Source of the DNA: Vicugna vicugna
Taxonomy: Eukaryota
Assembly (NCBI GenBank): GCA_013265495.1
Contig: MU058540.1
Span: 85,696 to 149,695 of the forward strand
Direction: 5' to 3'
Length of the DNA: 64,000 nt
Below the pieces are notes generated by a model that had not been told where the DNA came from, did not search any database, and was given only the letters and a program-made list of their open reading frames with translations. Shown here one piece after another: positions 12,709 through 24,615 of the stretch. A program made the position numbers and the translations under genes. Position 1 is the stretch's first letter; each line of letters opens with the position of its first letter.

Positions 12709-12855
12709 TAACTGAACTTGAGAATCTGACCTTTCCTTTGTCAGTGTTTCCCCATTACCACCACCTTCATACTCAGTAAGAATTAGGAACACAAGTGAGT
12801 CACAAATCTATTTAACTTTGAAAAATATTTTACTGAAAGATAAGAGAGTTTGATA

Positions 12856-12861
12856 TTTAAT
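12856..12861 (-). terminator. Putative DYB polyadenylation signal (ATTAAA)
   Basis: ATTAAA on the minus strand about 410 nt after the DYB stop. DQB-type genes use ATTAAA. Confidence 0.45.
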
Positions 12862-13017
12862 TCATGGGCAGTCTTCCTGAAGAAAACACGGTCAGAAGTG
12901 CCCGTGGGAGTATTTATGGTTCAGACAGACACAGCAGGCAACATGAAGAACAGCATGTCGAGCACGAGGCAGGGAAGCAGGGACACAGGCAGAAATTCAG
13001 GAAAGACCGAAACTTAA

Positions 13018-13097
13018 GGGGGAGGGTGTAGCTCACATGGTAGAGCGCCTGCTCAGCATGCATGAGGTCCTGGGTTCAATCCCCAGTCCCTCCATTG
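13018..13097 (+). mobile_element. tRNA-derived SINE (camelid Vic-1-like) in the DYB 3'UTR, with target-site duplication
   Basis: GGGGGAGGGTGTAGCTCACATGGTAGAGCGCCTGCTCAGCATGCATGAGGTCCTGGGTTCAATCCCCAGTCCCTCCA with A and B boxes. Flanked by AGGAAAGACCGAAACTTAA / AGGAAAGACAGAAACTAAA. Confidence 0.85.
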
Positions 13098-15624
13098 AGG
13101 AAAGACAGAAACTAAAGGAGGACCTGCCTCCCAGGCACTGTGGGAGCCAGATCTCAATGGGTGACAGCTGTCAGGGGGGCCGAGAGAAGGGAGGCTGGGA
13201 ACCACGGACAAGAACAGCAGGACAAAATCAAGGAAAAGAGGGGACAAATCCCAGGAAGAAGAACGTCTGGGGGTCAGTGCACAATCCCTGCAGGAGAGAG
13301 AAGAGTCGTAAGTCACACCAGTCCCTGAAGAAGATTCAGCCCCTGCCCTCCCACAGGGCCATCTCCAGGACCCGAAGGTTAACCCTGTGTAACATCCGCT
13401 CCCCATTACCTCGCTGGACGTGAGCAAAGACGACACTCTGCTAAAGTGAACGCAAATCTGCAGCTCGAAGGGGCGTGTGGAAGGCAGGGGAGCGTAAGGA
13501 AATGCTTGTGTGTGGAGCACAGGTCATGGACTCACCGGATAGGACTGTGGCTACTGTCAGCTCCCCTACCAGCTAGCTCGAGACTACTTTCTATAATTTT
13601 GGAGTCTGGGGCATCATTCAAACCTCGTTGAATGGTTGGGTCTTATTCTAGGGGACAATCTCTGAAGTTTCCTGCAGAGACTGCACAGAATGTTCCAGAC
13701 ATTTCCCCTGCCCCAGCTCACATGAATGAATGTGACATGAAGCAGGGACAAAATAACAGAAGCACATTCGAGGGTCTGATAAACCCACTCAGCTCCTTTC
13801 CTGTAGTGTGTGTGTCGCAGTTCTGGGCGGGAAGAGTAGGAATATTACCTGTGGACAGAGCCTCAGGATAGTCTGTCATCGGCAAGAATAGGAAGAGAAA
13901 AGGAAGAAAAACTCATTAGCCTGGGTAGTGGGAAAATTCCATCTCTCTCTCTCTCTATCTCAGCCTCCAAGAGGAAATGAGGGGGCAGCTTATTTCCTCC
14001 TCGCCCACCCACATACAGTGAGGCTTCAACTGCCACAAAGTAAGATCACCTGGAAGTCACTGAGCTGGCCCCCACAGGAAGATAAACAGAGACTCTGAGT
14101 CTAAGGAAAGAAGCTCAGAGCAGGAAAGCCCGTGTTAATAATCGCCCACGAAAGTAAGGACAACATGAGAGCTTCTCTAAGGATAACCCCCCCCCACCTC
14201 TCACCTCTGTGAGGAAGCAAACCTGACCCAAGAAAAGGAGGTCTCCGAAGTCTCCCTAATTTCTGCAAATCTACTACCATCCTCAGCTCAGTTCCTTTGT
14301 GGGGTCAGGTAGGAAAATTTACAACAGAACGCCTCAGCCCCACACCAGCCTGCCCCGTTTTCTCCCAAGGTGCCTTACCGTTCTTATTCCAAAAGTGGAC
14401 GATTAGGCCAAAACCTAGGAAGAGCAGACCCAGCACAAAACCCCCAACTCCACTCAGCATCTTGCTCTGGGCAGATTCAGACTGTGCCCCTGGGAAGTAA
14501 AGCCTGCGTGTCAGTGTCTGTCCTCATGCCCCACAGTGTTCTCGTCTGGAAACCTAGAGACCAGCCCTGGTTATAAGAGACAGAGGAGCTCAGAGATCAA
14601 AGTGGGCGAGCGATGGAGGGGGGAGAGCATGCAAAGACCCCAAGGGGACAGTGCAGGTGGATGGTGAGGGGGATGTCAGCTCCTCACAAGGTATGTCCAT
14701 CTACAACTGCCACAGACCATCTTCAAACACCAGCCTTGATGTCAAAGCCCAGAATTTCAGAATTTCAGAAGGTGCACGGCCAAGGCTAAATGCAGCCTGG
14801 GGAGTCAGGTCGTGTGAGGGGAGAACCATCAGATCTTGGGAGAAAATGAGATCACTGTTCAACATGTGCCTTTTGACGTGAAATCATGAGAGCTAGTCCT
14901 CCATGACTCCCAGCCCAGAAATTCCATCAGGGAGTCGTGCAGCAGAGGAGTTTATGAGGTAGGCAGGACACAGCATAAATAAGGAGAGATCCCCCCTACC
15001 AGACCCAGAGTTCTCCCTGCACTTTGTGTTTTCTGCTGAGTCCATGGTGTCTATGATGTAGCCCTTATGCCATTCTACTGTGATGGGACTCCAGAGGCTG
15101 GGGTGCCCCACATGGCAAGTGTAGACATCACCATGCCGTGGTATTATTTCTAGCATCACGAGGATCTGGTAGGTCCAGTCCCCATTCTGAATAAGAGGTG
15201 TAAACACAACTCCAGCTGTCTGCTCCTGTCCATTCCAGAACCATTTGACTTTAACTTGGCGAGGGTAGAAATGTGTCACCAAACAGACCAGCAGATTATG
15301 GTGGTTTAGAGCCTCTGTCCTGGCTGGGGAGACAGTCACTGTAGGCTCCATTAGGAGGGAAAAGAGACAAAATTAGACAGTAAGGCAGCAAAGCACCTGA
15401 AACCTCTCCTTTGATTCTGAAGTAGAGAAGATCACAGGTACTAAATAGTCGTCTGTTGGACTCCTAGCTCTGGGTTTAATTAGCTAACTGGTTAGCCCAC
15501 TTTTCAGGAAAAGAATATTTTTATTTCGTGCTCACTGGTTTCTTGAACAAGATAATTTATGTGAAAGTTCTTTGTAACACAGACTGGATAACTCTGGTTT
15601 TGGTTTTGGGGATTTTGGGGGGGT

Positions 15625-16106
15625 TCCATTTTTTAATAGAAGTATAGTCAGCTTACAATATTGTAGCAATTTCTGGTGCACAGCATGATGTTTCAGTTAT
15701 ACGTATACACACATATATTCCTTTTCATATTCTTTTTCCTTATAGGTCATTGTGAGATATCAAATACAGTTCCCTGCACTATACAGTAGAAACTTGTTGT
15801 TTATTTTATGTATAGCAGTTAGTATCTGCAAATCTTGAACTCCTGATTTATCCCTTCCCACCCACCTTTCCCCTCTGGTAAACTTAAATTTGATTTCTAT
15901 GTCTGTGAGTCTGTTTCTGTTTTGAAAATAAGTTCATTTGTGTCTTTTTTTTTTAGATTCCACATATGAGTGATATCATATGATATTTCTGTCTGACTTA
16001 CTTCACTTAGAATGACAATCTCCAGGTCCATCCATGTTGCTGCAAATGGCATTATTTTATTCTTTTTTATGACTGAGTAGTATTCCATTGTATAAATATA
16101 CCACAA
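15625..16106 (-). mobile_element. Younger LINE-1 3' end in DYB intron 2
   Basis: Minus-strand [41 protein letters not shown] is the L1 ORF2 C-terminus, followed by 3'UTR and A-tail. Confidence 0.9.
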
Positions 16107-17159
16107 CTTATTTCTGACTGGATAACTTTTAAAATATGCATATATACATATTCATGTGTGTATACACACGTGCAAAGTGTGCTATGCACACAGTTGGGGG
16201 ACCAGTTCAAGCTCCACCCCCCTACCTCAGTTACGCTTATAGAAGCATTGCTCTTAAGGATGGAACTAAAAGGGTGAGAGAACTTAATAGAAAAAGAAAG
16301 AGAAGGTGGAGAAAAGGAGAGCATTTCAAGGAGAAAGAACCACTTCTGCAAGAGGAAGAACTAAGGAGTCAAACAAGAATTAGATGTTATAGAACGCTAT
16401 GGAGTCCATGTGGTGTGAGGGACTCAGAAGCCCCGCCACATATGATAAATCTTGCGACCTGTGAAGGATTGACGTTCAGACAGCCAAGGATGCCAGTGGC
16501 TGCCCCCAGTGCAGGGTTTGTCCTGCTTAGATTTTTCACACCCTCCCATTTCTGTCCAGCCAGGTGCTCCAACGTTTTTTCCCTTGGAACTTGAAACCCC
16601 TTCCAGTCCCACCAAGATCCTAGGAAACCACAGAAGATCCCTTTCTTGGGGCCTTCCCAGTAGGATCCAGGTGAAGTCCATCCCGCCCGTCCCAAACTCA
16701 CCTCTCCACTGAACGGTGAAGCCAGTGGTCCCCTGGTAGTCGTGCCTGCACAGCGTGTCCACGTGGGCCCGAAACACCGCCAAGAGGTCCTTCTGGCTGT
16801 TCCAGCTCTTAGCCCACGACCTCCCTAGCTCTGATACAGCCACAAACTCGCCCAGGTCGCTGTCAAAGTGCAGGATCTCTTCCTTGTTGTAGATTTGTCT
16901 GACCACCAGCCTCACGTGCTCCGTCCCATTGGTGAAGTAGCACATGCTTTTAAACAGGTACACAAAGTTCTCTGCGAGAGAGCCCAGCGGCAATAGACTT
17001 AGTTCAGCCTTGCATTCCCACCAACCAAATGCTTAGTGAGGGGAGGCATGAAAAAGGGAAGGAAAACACCAGTGTAGCTAAGTGACTGAATAAAATCTGC
17101 TCTCAACCCTCAGAACTGTATCCCCAGGAAGGATTCAGTGAATTTCACTGCCTCAAATC

Positions 17160-19395
17160 CTGCAGTGAATATTAAAGAAAATCGAATGTAAAGCAAGAAA
17201 AATAATGAAACGATGGTTGGTAACGAAGGAATAAAACTGTCAGTATTTGCATATGATAAATCTGTGAATGAAGAAAATCCAAAATAATCTACTGCTAAAG
17301 GAATTGAAAGCAATAGAGAGTTCGAAAAGTAACTGGAATAAAGATTCACTTTCAAACATTCTGTAGACAAGAAACAAATTCTAAATACATTTTAATTATA
17401 CCATTTATTGACAGCATGAAAAATTATGAGTCTCTAGGAGTAAATCCTACAAAGGATATTAAGACTTCATAAAGGAAAGGTACTAATTTTAGGAGATACA
17501 TTAAAATACTCCTAAAAAAAAGATACATCTTGTGCATGAATTTAAGACAATATTATAAAGATGACAATTCACCCAAGTGAATTTAAAATTGTTAGTTTTT
17601 TAAATTATTTAAAACTTTATAAGCTGATTCTAAAACTTAATACAAATACAAGAAGCAAAAATTAGTCAAACTACTCTTGAAGAAGTAAACACAGTGAAAA
17701 AAATTGCTCTCTTGGATGTCAAGATAGCAAATAAAACTATGGCAGTTACACGCTACATTATTGGCACAAACGTAGAAAAATAAACAGGTGGCATAATGTA
17801 TCCCAAAATAATCTCCATACACTAAATTTATGACCAAGGGGGTGCTTCAGATCAGTGGGGAAACAATGCTTTTGTTAATAAATGGTGTTGTGATAAACAG
17901 GTAGCCGTGGTGGGGGAGGGGAAGTTGGACACATTCCTCACACCCTTCACAAACTAAACCTGGATGAGTTAAAGTCCTGAGTCTGAAATGCAGTCCTACC
18001 AATGCATTAGAAGATGAAATTAGAGAACGACTTTGGAAGTATAAAGGATTTCTTAAACAAATCATTAAAAGCACTAACCATAAAGAGAAAAGATTGATCA
18101 ATTCAACTTCATGCAAGTTAACAACTGCTCATCAAAAGATATCATTAATGCTTCAGATCAGTGGGGAAACAATGCTTTTGTTGATAAATGGTGTTGTGAT
18201 AAACAGGTAGCCTTGGTGGGGGAGGGGAAGTTGGACACATTCCTCACACCCTTTACAAACTAAACCTGGATGAGTTAAAGTCCTGAGTCTGAAATGCAGT
18301 CCTACCAATGCATTAGAAGATGAAATTAGAGAACGACTTTGGAAGTATAAAGGATTTCTTAAACAAATCATTAAAAGCACTAACCATAAAGAGAAAAGAT
18401 TGATCAATTCAACTTCATGCAAGTTAACAACTGCTCATCAAAAGATATCATTAGAGAGTTAAAAAGACAAGCTGCAAAGTGCAAACAAGTATCTACAAAG
18501 CATGTACTGACCATGGGCTTGGTTCATAATATTTTTGTATCTTTTAAAAACAAATAAGAAAAGACTTAGGTACATCAGTAAAGAGTAAACACCAGTGGGC
18601 AATAAACATGCAGAATTGCTCGTCTCGTTGGTAATGAGAGAAGTGCAAGGTGAAACACAGTGAACTACCACTCCATACCCACCAAGTGGCCAAACATACG
18701 AAAGTCTAAAATACAAAAGTGCCAGGAATTGGGTTCCTTTATCAGCCACTTCTGAGAGCACATGGAGAGATAATTAATTTGAATAACACTTGGGCATTCC
18801 GTTGTAAAGCTGAAGATAGGCATAAACTTTTGACCCTCCAATTCCAGTCTGGGTATGTATTCTAGTCTAAAAAAGTTGCAGGTTCGTATGCTCCAGAATA
18901 CATTTTTTTTTAAATGGAAGTAACACAAAAGTGCACATTAGAATGGGTAAGTACATTGCTGTACACTCATCAAATGAAAACCACACACAACAGTGAAAAT
19001 GGATGGACAACCGCTACATGAAAGACCATGACAGATCTTCTCAAACATAATACTGGGCAAAAGAAGTGAGACGGAATATAGCATTTATAGAACATTTAAA
19101 GGGGGAAATACTAAATTATATTGATTAAGGATATGTTCATAAAGTTAAAACCATAACAAAAAGCAATAATATTAAGATTACAAGGGTGATAATAGTGCTT
19201 ACTTCTGGGAAGAAGTGGGTGTAATTGGGAAGAAACATATGTGAGTCTTTGGCGGTGCTCAGAATAGTCATTTTTGACCTGGTTATTGTTTATTTGGATA
19301 TTTCTTTATAACTTTTGTTAAACTTTACATATATGGTTTAACCAGTGTCTGTACAATGTTATGTTTCAAAATAACCAGTGTAAACAAATTGTCAA
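17160..19395 (+). mobile_element. Old LINE-1 ORF2/3'UTR fragment in DYB intron 1
   Basis: A-rich degenerate ORF2 motifs (aggaataaaactgtcagtatttgcatatga; aaatggtgttg; atgagagaagtgcaa...gaactacca). Confidence 0.75.
17843..18453. repeat. Tandem duplication of a 305-bp unit (period 306)
   Basis: Copy 1 is 17843-18147 and copy 2 is 18149-18453, with 3 substitutions seen. The ORF track shows twin 89-aa ORFs. Confidence 0.95.
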
Positions 19396-19417
19396 ATAAT
19401 AATACTTGCCTAGAGTC

Positions 19418-19441
19418 GTGTGTGTGTGTGTGTGTGTGTGT
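19418..19441. repeat. (GT)n microsatellite
   Basis: Read directly. Confidence 0.9.
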
Positions 19442-20344
19442 CTTTTAGAAAGATTAAGTGAGGTAGTTTGTGTAATGATATTACTACAGGATTTGGGAAT
19501 TTGTGAGTATAAAATAAATATCAATTCCCTTGGTTTTTCATCATTCTCATAGCCCTAGTCACCATCAACACTGTCCCAAGTTTATATATAAACTCAGAGC
19601 TAGTGGCAGTCACTGCCTGTCCTCATCCCACTTTTCCTCTCACATCCTCCAAAGTTATCTCCATGAACCCATGCTCACACTCTTCAGATAGTGAAGCTGC
19701 AGCGGTCAAGGCTATCTTGAATTTCTCCAACCCTCTGTCCAATAGCACGTGAACACCACTTGCCCCAGAAAGTCCCTAGGGTAGTAAATCCTTTTAACTC
19801 ACTCTCTGAGGTGCTTTAATGCATCCCATTTTGTCTTGCACCCAGTATAGAAATGGGTTTTCTCTTTTTCTTCCAACTCTGAGATCCCAAAGTCTTTCCC
19901 CCAAGAGAAGCTAGTCTCGCTTCAACTGCAGAGATTGAAAACAGGAATCTAGTAAAATTCTTTTTCCTGTGGAAGAGAAATCCGGACTGTGATAGAAGCC
20001 CTTCCAAAGTCTAACTGGGATTTTTTCAGAGGGCAACACACCCCACTCTAAGCCCCAGCGTCCAGGAAATTAGTTCCCAGATCTGGGATCTCTGAAGAGA
20101 AGCTGTCTAGCACTTACTTGGAGCACCTCTGCCGTGAGCCATGGGAGTCCTCAGCACCAGGAAAACAACCGTCACAATTCCAGCTGCTGTCCAAGGGCTC
20201 CTGGAAATGGTCACCCTCATCCTTCCACACTGGAAACAGGAACAATTTAACAAAAGCATTGGCAGTCCCCACAGCTGCAGCCAATTCACCTGATGTTTCA
20301 CTTTGCAGACAATGGAAATGAGGAAACCTTCTATGAATGTTAGG

Positions 20345-20408
20345 ATTGGTCAGTACCTAGGGAAAAAGCCAATCAATCCAATAACTTAGGCTCTCATTTG
20401 TCTCTGGG
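20345..20408 (-). promoter_or_regulatory. DYB promoter: X box, Y box and downstream CCAAT
   Basis: Minus strand CCCAGAGACAAATG (20408-20395, DQB-like X1), TTGATTGGCT (20376-20367, Y box) and CCAAT (20349-20345). Confidence 0.8.
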
Positions 20409-20857
20409 TAAACACCTTTAAGGAAAGTTCTCAATTCAAAAATCATTCATGGACCACCTACATGGTGCCAACACTATGTCATCACCAAGTATCACTGAAC
20501 TGGGTGATAAGCTGAAAAGATGTTTGGAGGTTTAAGGAACCAGAAGAAGAAAGTGATGTGCAGTATTTCTTACTGGGACATTTATCTAATTTATCTGGTC
20601 CTTATATTTAGGTTTTGAGAGTAGGGAGGTGGAAGGAAACGGAGTGATATTCTCTGGGAGAGAAAATAATCGTCTAAAAGCTGTTCATTACCTTCCTTGA
20701 CTTGGCCAGTATGAGACACCACAGGATACAATGTAAAAAGCAACAGATTTTGAGAAAAATGTACTTGTATCACAAAAAAATTATTAACTTTATAACCATC
20801 AATTACATAATCTCTGTTAGCTTCAGTCTTTTTTTTTTGAGGTAACATTGGAGTTTT

Positions 20858-20942
20858 TAATTTTTATTTTTATTTTCTGATTTACAATGTTGTATTAGTT
20901 TCTGGTGTACAGCACAGTGATTCAGTTATACCTATATATATA

Positions 20943-20986
<44 letters not shown>

Positions 20987-21850
20987 TATACATATTCTTT
21001 TTCATTACAAGTTAATATAAGCCATTGAATATAGTTCCCTGTGGGTAACACTGGTTTATAATATTATGTAAGTTTCACGTGTACAACATTATCTACCAAC
21101 TTCTGTATACACCACAACATGCTCACCCACAAAAGTCTACTTTCCATCTCTCACCTTACAATTGACTCCTTTTACTCATTTTGCCCTCCCCCATGCCCCC
21201 GTCCCCACTGGTAAACACCAATTTGCTCTTTGTATCTATGTGTTCATTTTCATTTGGTTTTATTGTATGTTTATGTTTTTATATTTCACATATGAGTGAA
21301 ATCATACTTTATTTGTGTTTCTCTGTCTGACTTATTTCACTATGCTCAATATCTTCAAGGTTCATCCATACAGTCACAAATGACAAGATCTCATCCTTTT
21401 TTATGGCTGAGTAGTAGTCCATTGTGTGTGTGCTGTGTGTACACATATACACCACATTTCTTTATCCAGTCATCCATTCATCCACTTAGACTGTTTCCAT
21501 ATGTTGGCTGTTATAAATAGTGCTGCAATGAACATTGGGGTGCATGTATCTTTTTGAATTAGCTTTTTTGTAATCTGTGGATAAATACCCTAAAGTGGAG
21601 TGGCTGAACTGTAAGGCAGTTCTATTCTTAATGTTTTGAAGAAGCTCTGTACTATTTTCCACAGTAGCTGCACTAACTTGCTTGCCCCCAACAGTGTAGG
21701 AGGGTTCCCTTTTCTCCACATCCTTGCCCACACCTACCTGTCTTTTTGAAGACAACCATTCTAACAGACATGACATGCTAGCTCATTGCAGTTTTGATTG
21801 GCATTTCCTCGATAATTAATGATGTTGAACATCTTTTCATGTGCCTGTGG
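20858..21850 (-). mobile_element. LINE-1 3' ends (nested short and longer fragments) with (TA)n/(CA)n
   Basis: Antisense L1 ORF2 C-terminal motifs (KDVEKREPSYTVGG; HPNVHCSTIYNSQ) and T-rich tails. Confidence 0.85.
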
Positions 21851-22367
21851 CCTGAGACACCTCATGGCAATTGGGCAGCTGGCCAGTGCCCTGAGGTCAC
21901 AGTATAGCCAGTTTGCCAAGTGGACTTGCTTCTTGTTGACTCTTGAGTTTTAATTAACCAGATTTTGGGTGGTGTCCATAAGATCATTTTATGGAGTATT
22001 AAATTTTAATTTGTCTTTCACCTGGGTCCCTGCCACTGCAGCTGCAGACTTCCTCAGTAAAGGCGGTAATGAAGAACGGTAGCGCAAGCAAGGTGGGGTT
22101 TGAGGAGGGGAGACCGGCAGTGAGGAAACAGAAGCAGGGCTCTTCCGTGACTGGGCTGGAAATCTTCTCACCACCTCTTCTCCCTTCGCTGAGGGAGGGA
22201 GATCCCCCCATTGTTCCTTTCAGAGCCTTGCAGACCGAGGTAATATAAGAAAAAAAAAAAGAGATTCTAAGGCTACGTGGGGAAAGCCCTTTAGAAAATG
22301 TCAGGTTTCCACCGGGATTCCCTCCACGGACGAAGTGGAGAAAACCAACTTAAATTCCGGTCTCGAT

Positions 22368-22380
22368 CGCCGTCTGGTGG
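22368..22380 (-). promoter_or_regulatory. CTCF-like motif in a small CpG cluster between DYB and DOB
   Basis: CCACCAGACGGCG versus consensus CCASYAGRKGGCR, 1 mismatch. Confidence 0.45.
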
Positions 22381-22614
22381 TAGAAGTGCCACATCACATC
22401 CTCGGAGTAATGACCCAGCGTTGCAAAACAAACGCTTACTCAAGTTTAAGATTGCTAAATTTCTGAACTTTTTCCAACTGGAATTTTATTTAACCTAGCA
22501 TTGTGACCATGTCCGTCACTTTGACATGAAACTCTATAGTCTTTCAGCTCATCTCTGGTTTACTGAGGATGCCCTAGATGAGATCTTTCTGCCCCCCAGT
22601 TTTCCCCTCCCTCC

Positions 22615-22648
22615 CCACCACCGCCACCGCCACCACCACCACCACCAC
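22615..22648. repeat. (CAC)n imperfect trinucleotide repeat
   Basis: Read directly. Confidence 0.8.
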
Positions 22649-22839
22649 GGAAGACCTATGACTGCCTCTCCTACCTTACCTTCCCCTCCAAAGCATACTC
22701 TGGGGCTCAACCCTAAGAGGTCTCCGCACCTCCCAAGGACAATGGTGAAAACGAAGAGGAAGACTTTCTGATGGAGCAAGGTGGCAGAAACGCAACTTCA
22801 GGCCTAATTCTGGGCAAAATCTTTACTGCCAGAGACACT

Positions 22840-23900
22840 CCATAGATCTTACTCTTTAAGAAGTAATATGCCTGCAATTAATCGATACCAAAAATGGCTG
22901 ATTCCAGATTTGGACAGGAAATGTACAGAATGAACCTGGAGCATTTTGTCATACCGGATAACAAAGAAACGATCAAAAGACTTGTGTCAAACAAACTCAG
23001 CAGTCACTCGAACAAGTTTCTCTTGACCAAAGATTATACATTTGAACTTCAACATGGACAAAACATTTCAATGAGTTAAAATCCATCAAATGCATTTAGA
23101 TCCTTGACTTTTTGATACTACAAAAAAATTAAAAGTAAAACCTAACTGCTCACTTTTGGATAACAGTTGGGGAGGAAATACATTAACCTGAAAACTAGTA
23201 AATAAAGGGAAAGAATTCAACATTGATCCTTCTTTCCAGAGTATCACTGGGCAACCACTAGTAAACAAAGGGAAGTGTCTCTTTAGAGAAGTAATAAAGC
23301 ATATAAATGAAGAAGGAATTATAGAATTAGCATATTCTCATTCTGCAATTCCCAGCGAATTAAAGGACTCAGGCAAAAGCATCAGAGGTTATTAACAACA
23401 TAAAATGAGAGACAACTGGACATTATGTGCCTCATGGTGAGACGACACCACCACCAATAGACTTTCCAGAGGGAATGAAACCTAAGTCTGACCCAGCCTC
23501 TGCATTCGGGTGCCAATTTGTAGGACATGCAGAGGACAGAGGGACATGTTGAACTGCACCAGGTGTCCGCAATCGGCAAAATCCAGACTGTGGAAAACTG
23601 CAGGTCAAATGGCACAGGCTTTTCAACATATTAACCATAAGAAAAAGAAAGGGACGGAGGAGAAACCTGTAAAATAGAAGAGACATTAAAAAAAAATTAC
23701 ACCTACGGTGTCCAAGAATTCACACTTGAATGAACAAACTATGAAGAAACACTCCGAGGTGGTCGCCATAGCAGCCATAGAGCCACTGCTTTTAGAAGGA
23801 GAGGGGCTTGACTGGTCTGCAGCCCACGGAGACTTCCGCCGTGGCTGGAAGTTTCTGTTTCTTGAACTGAGTGTTGATTATAGGGATTTCGCCTTAAATA
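22840..23900 (+). mobile_element. Old LINE-1 (L1MC/MD-like) 3'UTR fragment
   Basis: Motifs such as aaaaatggctgattccagatttggacaggaaatgtacag and cctaactgctcacttttgga. Recognised by eye. Confidence 0.55.
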
Positions 23901-24615
23901 ACTTATTGGGGGAAAAAAAAGGAGAAAGTAAAATTCACCCATTGCCTGAAGATAAGTGCTACGGAACTTTTGAAGTACATCCTTCCAAGTTTTTTTCTAA
24001 ACACATACTCATAAACATATATATGTTTCCAAAGATAAGCTGATGTTATATATGCTATGCATAGTGTGTTGTAGTCTTTTTCACTTATTAATATGTTGTG
24101 AGTGTTTTTCCATGTAAATACATATCAACTTGCAAAAAAATAATTTATTGAGCTATACATTTTATGTGGTTACCTGTATCTCAATTTTATTTTAAAGGGA
24201 AAAAGGCCAAAAACAACAAAAAGAAAGCAGTGACTGTCTGAGCATTTGTCTTCTGAAGTCTGTGGAGACGGCAGTTGGAAGAGAGAAAGACAGAGATGAC
24301 AGCTACGGGGTTGGGGCTGGACCACAGAAAAGTAAACCGTTTTGAACTGGAAGGAGCCAGGTCTCAGGGGAATTTCTGGACACTGTCCTTGGAAATGGGG
24401 ACTCAGGACACAGACATGCAGGAGAAAGAAGGGAAGAAGGGTTAGAGATGCTGGTCTCAGAACACAGAATTCTAGAATCTGTTCAGGGCTCCTCCAAGAC
24501 CTCACGGGAAAAAATCATCCAGAACTTTGACCTCATGAATGTCCTCTACTTAGTCCGGGACCCAGACCACTCGGTCCTGCTTCCAGCTCCAGGGGGAGAA
24601 GCTTCAGTTAGGACC

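Larger units (their letters stand above)
13274..20220 (-). pseudogene. DYB: MHC class II DY beta chain (DYB); reading frames open but both exon 3 splice sites mutated (probable pseudogene)
   Basis: Exons 20220-20118 (MRVTISRSPWTAAGIVTVVFLVLRTPMAHGRGAP), 16971-16702 ([45 protein letters not shown]-type beta1), 15350-15069 (beta2; acceptor AA, donor AT), 14489-14379 (TM), 13872-13849 and 13287-13274 (GIVH*). Would encode 267 aa if spliced canonically. Confidence 0.85.

Noticed and set aside
13018..13094. tRNA-Ala gene
   Set aside because: It has a target-site duplication, mismatched stems and two more diverged copies with tails in the window, so it is a SINE.
17847..18422. Twin 89-aa ORFs as a duplicated small gene
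   Set aside because: They are antisense readings of a duplicated, decayed L1 ORF2 segment.
266..20220. Calling the pair DQA/DQB (or DQA2/DQB2)
   Set aside because: The alpha1 motifs ([21 protein letters not shown]) and beta1 motifs (HVRLVVRQIYNKEEILHFDSD) match DY as I recall it, and the position next to DOB fits DY.
22526..22779. Poly-His / poly-Trp ORFs
   Set aside because: They are a by-product of a (CAC)n repeat, with no splice or promoter support.
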